From Atractiella rhizophila (Eukaryota): a stretch of DNA of 20,000 nucleotides. The notes beneath the pieces were generated by a model. It did not search any database. It saw nothing but the letters and a program-made list of their open reading frames with translations, and was not told where the DNA came from. Shown here in pieces: positions 1 through 9,030 of the stretch (the first letter of the stretch is position 1; every line of letters begins with the position of its first letter). The stretch covers positions 59,529 to 79,528 of the forward strand of contig MU271371.1 of NCBI GenBank assembly GCA_021432655.1, given 5' to 3'. The position numbers were made by a program, and so were the translations under genes.

Positions 1-522
1 AGGAAAATGGACCGACCGAAGCTGACTTCGCTCCTAGTCATCTTGCGAATCTCCCTCTTGAACTCCTCAGTGAATTCCTCATCGTTCAAAAAGATCCAAG
101 GGTATCCCAACTTCCTATTAATCCTAGCTTCGAAGCTCTGCATGCTCCTCTTCATCCCCTCCAACTCTCGATTTCGTACCAAACTGACGATGGTGGCGTT
201 GGCGCGAGCGTATGAGTTCAAGCGTGCGGGATTGATATCTGGGGGAAGGAGTAGACCAGTGGAGGAGTCGCGCATGTACTCTGGATCGAGGGATGCCCAA
301 GATGGCGAATAGCGTGTGGACTCGATGGGAGAGTGTCCTGTTGCAGGCATCGGCGCAGCCTCCTTCTGACTTACAACAGGAATGTTGTCGCCGCCTAAAT
401 AGGGATCAGCTTCATGTTGGAGAATAACAGGATGTTGAATGACAGCAGAATGGGAGAAATGCCTTAGGCAGTCTTGATAGAGTATGTCTACATCAGATGC
501 TGCAAATGAGCTCACACTGCAT
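1..522 (-). CDS. GT15 (KRE2/MNT1/KTR family) alpha-1,2-mannosyltransferase, copy A. Only the 5' part is in the window; the gene runs off the left edge.
   Basis: About 97% identical to 2445-2966 by manual alignment. The - strand reads ...[50 protein letters not shown]..., followed by the same GTCGGT intron donor at 16. The start codon is uncertain. Confidence 0.85.
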
Positions 523-847
523 GGCTTGTTTGTAGCGCGGGTGAAAAACTCTTTCTTTCGAAGATTCAATCTCTGTGAATTTCTGGCGTGACAGGTGGAA
601 AATTGAAAACAAACAAGCCGGTCACCCAACGGGAGGAGCACAAACCAGGTTTAGCAACAGCAGTGAATGGCAGGCTGACTTGCCCAAACTATAAAGTAGT
701 ACGAAAGAGTGTTCACAGTGTTGCCGAAAAAACTGAAAGAGACTCTGGAGTAAAAGTGATTTGCTTGAGTGAGCTGCCAATGTGATACCAATTCAGGCCA
801 CAACACCCCCTTCAGCAACTCCTTCGCCTTATCAGCGAGCAGCAAGG
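1..847. repeat. Direct repeat copy 1 of a tandem duplication (matches 2445-3291)
   Basis: The offset is a constant 2,444 nt from the first base to the breakpoint ...GCAGCAAGG|. About 24 differences counted by eye in 847 nt. Confidence 0.97.
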
Positions 848-1091
848 ATCATTTCGGATTCAGTACGCATTTCGATCAGTTCAGATACCATCGCATCGGT
901 GTATATCACGCAATTCCATAGACATACGAATTCTCCCATTCGTGAGATTGGTAATTCAGACGAAACGCTTTTGCTCCACCTCATGTCATTGCAAAGATCA
1001 TTTCTACAAACTGAGACCAGACATTAAACTTGCAATCTTTGCAAGCCAAAGAAGCATACACCCAGCAAGTCCGTCAACCAAACTAGACAAC

Positions 1092-2966
1092 TTATCCTCC
1101 GAAAGGACGTGGCCCAACACGGAACCTGGTGGAAACGATTAGCTCACAGAATCCATCACTTCCAGACTTGGGAACTAACCATTGCTTTTGACAACTAACC
1201 CAATCTGGACGCATAGCTGAGTTAGAACGCAACTCACACTGACGATTTGAACGTACCATTCTCTACCGTTTTATCAGGGTCACAGTTGCACCTGCCATTG
1301 TCATGGTACATTTGTTTATTAACAGGGCAATGGTTGTAAGCAGTGTGGCGATAAGATATGTCGTCGAAGACTGCTCCGTCAAGTGAGACGACAACGTGGA
1401 TTTAGATTAAGAGGGACTTGCAGTGGATTGCTGAGTTGGGAAGGAATAGGGAAGCAGCTAAACAAAGAGTTACTTCGGTCATTTATTTGTGTTACTGGAA
1501 ATGATCTCACCAATAGAGTGGACAGGTGCATCACCCCACCGTTCGTAGAAAAAGCCACCGCTCTTGTCAAGGTGCTCAAAGAACTACCTAAATGTAAGCA
1601 AGAGTGTAGGAAGAGGTATGTAACAGACGTCTTGGTACGGTTTGCTTCGCCAGAAATCAGCATCGGCGATCTCGAAGTTGGTCCAAAAGTGGCAAACTAC
1701 CGCCTCATGAGCAAAATGTAAAAATATTGATAAGAATACCAACGATTGTATTCTCCGTCGATCCCCTTGTTGTCATCGTCCATGATGAATTTCAAAGAGT
1801 TGTCCTTCACGATGTACTCCTTGTGCTGTCTCAAGAAATCTTGCACCGTGCTCCACAAAGTCTCGATCGTTCGTTTATATTCGACGAAAGAGATAGTGAA
1901 ACCGTATTTCTTGTTGTTGGCTTGCATCTAGGAAGAGCAGGTTAGCTCAGATAGATAGGGAGGAGAATATGTATACAAGGAGGAAGGGATCGTAGTCACT
2001 GATCCTCAGAGAGTCAACGCGGTTTAAGGTCATAGAAACGGCTGCTCACACATCGCACCAGAAATCGACGTCGCTAAGCTGCAGAGTCAGCTCAACTCTC
2101 GAAGGAGGACATCACACTCACGGCTCAACTCGCCAATAGTACTTGTATTGCCTTGAGAATAGTTAGACTCGCCTTGACTAAAAAAATACAACATACATCA
2201 TCAAGGGATGCTTGAAGAAAAACCTGTCGATCACCTCAGTTAACGAAAGGATAATGAGCGAAACACATGCCCGCTTTGGAAACGGCACATATGACGATAG
2301 CTCTCGCTGTCGGCATAGATGATACCCTCCTCTGCCATCTTCTTCCTCTCCCTCGCAGCCTTTTCCTGGTCAATCCAATCGGGATAAGACCAATGTTCCT
2401 TCGGTACAACACCTATGATTCCACATAAGGCAATGCCTATAACGAGGAAAATGGACCGACCGAAGCTGACTTCGCTCCTCGTCATCTTGCGAATCTCCCT
2501 CTTGAACTCCTCAGTGAATTCCTCGTCATTCAAAAAGATCCAAGGGTATCCCAACTTCCTATTAATCCTAGCTTCGAAACTTTGCATGCTCCTCTTCATC
2601 CCCTCCAGCTCTCGATTTCGTACCAAACTGACAATGGTAGCGTTCGCGCGAGCGTACGAGTTCAAGCGTGCGGGATTGATGTCTGGGGGAAGGAGTAGAC
2701 CGGTGGAAGAGTCGCGCATGTACTCTGGATCGAGGGATGCCCAAGATGGCGAATAGCGTGTGGACTCGATGGGAGAGTGTCCCGTTGCAGGCATCGGCGA
2801 AGCCTCCTTCTGACTTACAACAGGAATGCTGTCGCCGCCTAAATAGGAATCAGCTTCATGTTGGAGAATAACAGGATGTTGAATGACAGCAGAATGCGAG
2901 AAATGCCTTAGGCAGTCTTGACAGAGTATGTCTACATCAGATGCTGCAAATGAGCTCACACTGCAT
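1092..2966 (-). CDS. GT15 (KRE2/MNT1/KTR family) alpha-1,2-mannosyltransferase, copy B, with complete catalytic domain and at least 12 introns
   Basis: Manual splicing gives the family motifs [94 protein letters not shown] and [11 protein letters not shown]. The stop TAA is at 1094-1092. Introns include 2413-2460, 2224-2270 (GC-AG) and 1371-1421 (GC-AG). The 5' end is uncertain: there is a candidate ATG at 2966, and the frame may extend further upstream. Confidence 0.93.
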
Positions 2967-3291
2967 GGCTTGTTTGTAGCGCGGGTGAAAAACTCTTTCT
3001 TTCGAAAATTCAATCTCTGTGAATTTCTGGCGTGACAGGTGGAAAATTGAAAACAAACAAGCCGGTCACCCAACGGGAGGAGCACAAACCAGGTTTAGCA
3101 ACAGCAGTGAATGGCAGGCTGACTTGCCCAAACTATAAAGTAGTACGAAAGAGTGTTCACAGTGTTTGCTGATAAACTGAAAGAGACTCTGGAGTAAAAG
3201 TGATTTGCTTGAGTGAGCTGCCAATGTGATACCAATTCAGGCCACAACACCCCCTTCAGCAACTCCTTCGCCTTATCAGCGAGCAGCAAGG
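2445..3291. repeat. Direct repeat copy 2 of the tandem duplication (full unit probably 848-3291)
   Basis: Matches 1-847. Similarity ends abruptly after GCAGCAAGG at 847/3291. Confidence 0.97.
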
Positions 3292-3796
3292 CGGCGGTAA
3301 CATAGCGAACTCATAGAGCAAACTACTTCAACCATTTGACTTCTATGGTCACACCCAAAGATATTCTTTTACCAAACTAAGAGGATTATGCACGAAATTA
3401 GGTATAATCACTTGGAAGGATTGGCGCATGTGCGGAGTTAGATGTGGATGCGAGTCGTTCAAAGCTAGCACAAGATTATCAAGAAGCCTAGTTTTCCTGG
3501 CAAACTCGTGTGTAAGCATCAGTTTATAATGACATAAACATCAGATCTGTTAACAAAAAGGAATAGGGCGGCATGCTTCAATCATCATTTTGCGGATACA
3601 GGCCAGCAACAAACGAGAAATCGGGAACGTCTGCAGCGACAACCTTTGATCATAGGCGTATCGAGCACTCCTCCTTCTCGCATGCAGTAAGTCATCAACT
3701 TGCCCGCACTTCAGAGAACTAAATAGACCAAGTTCGCCACTGTATGCAAAAGGCCATGGGGCAAAGCAAACAACCACGTCCGTCCCCGCCGTCGCA

Positions 3797-4018
3797 TCAT
3801 CCAAGAAACGCACCGGTTCCAGTCCACTTCCCTACTGTCTCGCTTCCCGGCCCACCGGCAGCGCTCGCGATGATGGTGAGAAAAAAGACGATGCCAGCGC
3901 CAATGAGAGCAGAACGAAGAGGCCTGTTCTTGACGTTGTACTGAATCGTTTGCATGATGGTTGGTGGCTTCGCCTGTGCGCCCGAAGGGTCGGTGGCGAG
4001 GGGGAGATAGGGGGCCAT
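3797..4018 (-). CDS. Hypothetical small single-pass membrane protein (about 73 aa unspliced; about 78 aa ending at 3711 if a GTGCGT..CAG intron is used)
   Basis: ATG in GCCACCATGG context. A basic patch (KNRPLR) precedes a hydrophobic stretch (SALIGAGIVFFLTIIASAA). The ORF is divergent from PHS1, 186 nt away. No family recognised. Confidence 0.5.
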   Translation of the reverse strand: MAPYLPLATDPSGAQAKPPTIMQTIQYNVKNRPLRSALIGAGIVFFLTIIASAAGGPGSETVGKWTGTGAFLG

Positions 4019-4204
4019 GGTGGCCTGTTCCGTCGAGGGATGGAGAGTGTCGATGTGTCGGTGTGGTTGTCAAAGGAGAATGGGACTAGAACGAGATTAA
4101 CTATCGTGTAGTCATCAACGTGTTGTAAGATTCACGTGTAAACTTCCCCAAAACATCAAAACATCGACAACAAGGATTTGCAAGCGAAGGAGGAAAAGAA
4201 CAGG

Positions 4205-5532
4205 ATGGGCGTTAAAAATGCGTATTTGATTGCTTATAACAGTGCTAGGTGAGCTACCTTTTTTTTGATGGCATTATGTTGTTTGTCCGTTCAGAAACAC
4301 CCTTGGGTGGACATTGGCACTTTTTCTCTCTTTTCCCGTAATACAAAGGCTACCTTAAAGTGTCCACCATGTGCCTGAGCACTGTTTGATTACTTCTATT
4401 TCTTTTGTGGACTACAGAGCTCCAGGAGGCGATCATAGCCCTGTTTTCAGCTTTCACACTTTCGTCGGATTGGGTTGAAATAATATATACCTCTCCTTGT
4501 AGTAAGATAGGATATATTGCTCTTGTAGAGGAGTAATATTGTCTCAATGCGTTAACTCAAGGTGGGAACTTCTGAGGACATCTACATCAGCTTACCTAGT
4601 GCAATTCCTCGATATCAGTCGAGGGAAGTTAAGATAACTGGAATGATGTACTGCCAAAGATATTTATTTATATACGACACTTCCCTCAGTTTCTTCTTTG
4701 CTTCGCACTAACTACAGCCACTAGTGCACTCGCGTGGCTCCTCATCCTCCTCCTTTCAGCACAACACCTCCTCTCCTCTGCATCCTACACCCTCCCATCC
4801 ATCCTCGCTCAAGCCTCTCAGACTTTCTCAACATTAGGAGACACCGTCCAGCTCGTTCAGACCTTTGCGGCCTTTGATGTGCTACATTCGATTTTGGGTC
4901 TCGTGTCAGTTTTCCTCCTGCTGTTGTTGTAGTGCGACTTATGTACGAGAATTCCTTGGGCGAACTTTCAGCAAGAGCAGTCCCGCAACCACATTCTCCC
5001 AGGTCTTCTCCCGGTTCGTCGTCGTCTGGTACATTGCGGTCTTCTATCCATCTGTTCGTTCTCCCTCATCTCTCCGTCCAACACCACTCACTCAGGACTT
5101 TCTGGTTGTTTTTGTGGCAATATAGGTCCCCAATACCCCCTTCTACGCATCCATGATCATCGCATGGAGCATCAGCGAGATCACGCGCTACGTGCACTAC
5201 GTCCTACTGATATTAAAGACGAAATCTTCGCTCGTTGAATGGGCACGCTATTCCTTGTTCTACGTGCTTTATCCAGTTGGAGCTGGGTCCGAATGGGTCT
5301 TGATTTTCAAGTCATTGCCGTACGTTTCACTCCTACTCTCCCTCCTATGCTGAACCCTTCTTACAGTCTAGCGAAAGAGCGGTTTGGGATCGTTGGCTAC
5401 ATAGTCAATGTCGTCTTTCTGGTCATTTGGCCGCCTAGTTTGGCTTTCTTGATGTCCCATCTTCATAGACAGAGGAGGAGGCATGTGAAAGGGAAGGGGA
5501 AGGCTGCGGAGACAAGTAAGAAAGAGCTGTAG
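4205..5532 (+). CDS. PHS1: Very-long-chain (3R)-3-hydroxyacyl-CoA dehydratase (PTPLA/HACD family), 221 aa, 5 exons
   Basis: Exons 4205-4248, 4725-4904, 4972-5053, 5126-5319 and 5367-5532 total 666 nt in frame. Motifs: YLIAYN, VQTFAAFDVLHSILGLVKS, QVFSR, AWSISEITRY, WARYSLFYVLYPVGAGSE (catalytic Tyr/Glu). The C-terminal KKEL fits a KKxx ER-retrieval signal. Confidence 0.93.
4269..4656 (+). ncRNA. Candidate structured intronic RNA element (unassigned family) in PHS1 intron 1
   Basis: The intron is 476 nt versus about 45-75 nt for nearly all others here. It contains multiple nested complementary segments with many G-U pairs on the + strand (details in findings). Confidence 0.45.
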
Positions 5533-6017
5533 AATGTTTTGGAAGTTAGTCTGGCTTAAAGCTGCTAATGTGCATGTGGCTCAGAGAGAAATTCCGATTA
5601 TAACTTGGTTACGTTGATGGTGTTTGTTTCGGATACCGCCACACCGGCGCCATCGACACATCATCCATCATGGCATTGGAATCTAAGGAGCTCGTTCTCT
5701 GTCCAGCTCATTTCAAAGATAAATATCCTTTTTCAACTAACGCGCCAGATACCACTTCCTTCTCCCAACCGCCGCATCGCATTTATCTCTCTTCATTATA
5801 TCCTGAACTGTGGCTATACACGATGCCTACAAGCAATCGTTTGCATCAGTTTCTACTGACCATGTTATGTTGATGAGAGTGACTCTTTCGGCTATCCGAT
5901 TTCGGGTTGCACGTCACTCAATCCAATCAATCGAACGACGACGACTTTGCCCTTCTCCTCAGCCACATCTCTCCTTCCAAAGCACATCTTCATCGTATTT
6001 CGCATACATCTGGCGCC

Positions 6018-6816
6018 ATGGTTAAGATTCTCTCGATCCAGCTCTACAAAGCCCCTGCAGGCAGTGGACAAGCCACCCAACTATGCAGCGTGAACGATCT
6101 CTCCAGTTTTTCCTTCTACCAGAAGCCTGCGTGCGTATCCCACACTTATCATTCTCATCAACTAGCATAAGGGCGAGCGTTGACTTTAATTGTTGGTGGC
6201 GTAAAGCATCGGTGAATTCCTCACCTTCCTCTCCACAACCGTTGCTTCCCGCACTCCCACCGGCTCGCGCCAGAGCGTCGAAAAGGATGCATACACGGCT
6301 CACGTGTACCACCACAGCTCTGGTATCATAGGCATCATCGTCTCTGACGCAGAGTATCCGCCCCGTGTGGCGTTCTCCTTGCTCTCCAAGATCCTAGAGG
6401 AGTTCTCGTTGAAGTTTTCAAAGACGGATATCGACAGTGGGAAGCTGAATTACCCGGAATTGAACGATTATATCGTCAAGTATCAGGACCCGAAGCAGGC
6501 GGATACTATCTTGAAGGTGCAACAGGAGCTGGATGAGACAAAGGTCATCTTGGTGCGTCTTTTCATCTGCTTTGTTACCTTAATCTTTCCGCTTACTGGG
6601 ATCCTGGGATCCATGGAACAGCACAAGACGATCGAACAAGTGCTCGAGCGCGGAGAGAAGCTCGATGACCTGGTAGAGCGCTCCAACAACCTGAGCAACA
6701 CGAGCAAGATGTTCTACAAGAGTGCTAAGAAGCAGAATTCTTGCGTATGTCACCACCATCTATTTATTTGTCAAACGGCATTGGCATTGACGTCGGTATA
6801 GTGCGTTATCGCCTAA
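6018..6816 (+). CDS. YKT6: Longin-domain R-SNARE Ykt6, 198 aa, 4 exons
   Basis: Exons 6018-6130, 6207-6552, 6622-6744 and 6802-6816 total 597 nt. Motifs: [83 protein letters not shown]. The C-terminus is CCVIA, a CCAAX palmitoylation/prenylation motif. Confidence 0.97.
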
Positions 6817-9030
6817 TAAAGCATTGAACGGTCCACCGGACGAAACAGATCGCAGAGACGAGAGGTTGTACCATATTCCTTCATTGCGTGGTTTGGGACT
6901 CGGTTACTATTCTAGAGGCTGGGTGGGAGATACCTTAATACGATCAAGTTCGCTTGTAATGTGGAGAAAGAATGAGGGATTGAATGAATGGTAGATGCTC
7001 GAAAGGTCTGAATGGTTGGGTGGCGGGGACCCTGTTGTGAGTCGTTCGCATTTGAGATCACCATGGGAATTGGAGCGAGAGTGGATACAGCGGTGTTGCC
7101 GCATGAGAGCGTGTCCCAGTTTGGCGTTGGCATAGTGGCATCCACCAGCACAGAGCTGACCTACCAATCGAACAAGCCAAGGCTGATGCGACGTTGCTGG
7201 CTAAAAAAATCGCTCGGAGCATGATATCTCTGATCTTGAGAATCTTTGAACTCGAAGTGTTGGAGCCTATCAGGCTGTCCCAAATTTTGGCAGAAGAACT
7301 GAGCCTTCGTCAAGAAAGCACTCCGGGCCACTTTCGCCTTTTTGAGGAGCTCTGAAAGAATGGTGCTTTCGAGAGATCGATTTGTTTGAATTGCAATATG
7401 TGGCTCATGTTCATGAGGACATTTCAAAATTTCAATCTGTCGAACTTAGCTCGCATGTGCGACTGTCGAATTGGCGAGTCATTATCTGCATCTACAGCCA
7501 GGCGCGCTAGATTTATAGATTTGTTGCACGTAACAGCACATCCCTGCGATGGGCAATGGATACATAAAATTCTCTACTAACTCAGTCGGAGAACGAAGAA
7601 GCCTGTTCTGTCTTCAAACTGGGACGAGTGAACATTTCGGAAGTAGCAACATTTCTCATTGGGTTGGATGGACGAGACACTAGTCGTTCACACCCAGTTG
7701 CCTCAGCAGGGCAGTAGCAACGCGACTCTTCCTTTTGCTACACTGTATATTTGCCCCTTCGCAAACTTTAAAGCTTAACTCTTAGGCGGTCGCTTTCCTC
7801 GCGGGAACAGACTCAGAAGGGACAAGGATATAGGTTGCACTGTTGAGATACCGATGGCCAGCATCGACGGATTGTTGTACGCCGTGGCGGACGATTTTCG
7901 ATATGCTGTCGAATCCTTTGGCCGATGGGCGTATTGTAATAGGAATAGGAGAAGCGTGGTTAGACAGGGACTCACCCCTGTACACTGTTACATGTTCAAC
8001 AGGGTACATAGTAGGAAAGGGAAAAGGTTCAAGTTTAAACATCTTGATGTTGAGTGTCGATACGAAATAATAATTGTCAGTGTACTGGGAGCATTAGTCG
8101 TCTACTACAAGGCTACATCACTCAGTATGATAATGTTCCCTTCCCTCCTCTCTGTGCAACATTCGTACTTGACAGCAATGAAGGGTAGCACCTATTCACT
8201 CCCAGTTCGAACTTTTTCCAGGCGTGGCGTGGTTACGTAGCCTCCTCAGCCTGAGGACTACTAGTATCGTTAGTACATGGATATCGATGAAGCTGAAGTC
8301 TGAGCCAATCTCCTCGACTGTCCAATCATGTCGTTGGTGCCAGCACGTCATCTTCTTGTTCCCAACAAGTCTGGTATATTTCGAGAACTTGAAAGAACCG
8401 ACCCGTACAACGGGATCTCCTAGTGGCAACATTCTCTCTTCGCCAACTGGAACCGGGAAGGAGAAGGAGAAGGAGAAAACAGGAAAAGCGAAGACCGTCC
8501 GCCTTCTGCCCTCCGCCCTGATCCGATTTCGTGAATGAGTTGAAGCGATGAGTAAGTGGGTAAACCGAGGTCGATCCACCTTGTCACCTTGACCCTTCAC
8601 TCGATCCCATTAGTACAACGATGGTATTGTTGTTCCCAGGAGCTAATAGATGGACAAAGTAGAATAGCCCGGCCCAGACCTTTTGCACGCCGAGTTGGGG
8701 TATTATAAACAGGAAGCAGGCCGCGAGGAGGCCGAACGTTCCCTGCTATTTGAACGACGACTTGTCGTGGATGATGAGATGTTAGAGCTTTGGAGGGAAG
8801 AGCAGGAGAGGATTGAGAATACGCTCGTGTTTTTGAAGAGGAAGCTGACGAGGAATCGACAGCGACAAGGCAATACTGGTAAGACAGTGGTCGTTGTTTC
8901 TCAGAAGGTGATCGGTGTGTACTCCCGAGATCGGCGTTTATTTCTCACCCTTTTCCTGACCATCACTTCATCTCTTCTACTTCCTTTCTACTTGCCACCA
9001 GTTACAACTTGCGTCAAGAGTGATACTGAC

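Noticed and set aside
7..312. + strand ORFs 7-312, 1383-1721 and 2415-2756
   Set aside because: They are antisense shadows of the GT15 gene. Substitutions between copies are synonymous in the - strand frame.
4306..4376. Possible telomerase-like pseudoknot with a U-rich loop, or a TPP riboswitch, in the PHS1 intron
   Set aside because: No CUAACCC-type template, and the TPP core motifs (CUGAGA, CUGAU..GNUAAU) are absent.
4559..4580. GGTGGGAACTTCTGAG resembles RNase P RNA conserved region CR-I
   Set aside because: No matching CR-V (ACCC..TCAGA..) at a suitable distance downstream. Its complement lies upstream, which is the wrong topology for P4.
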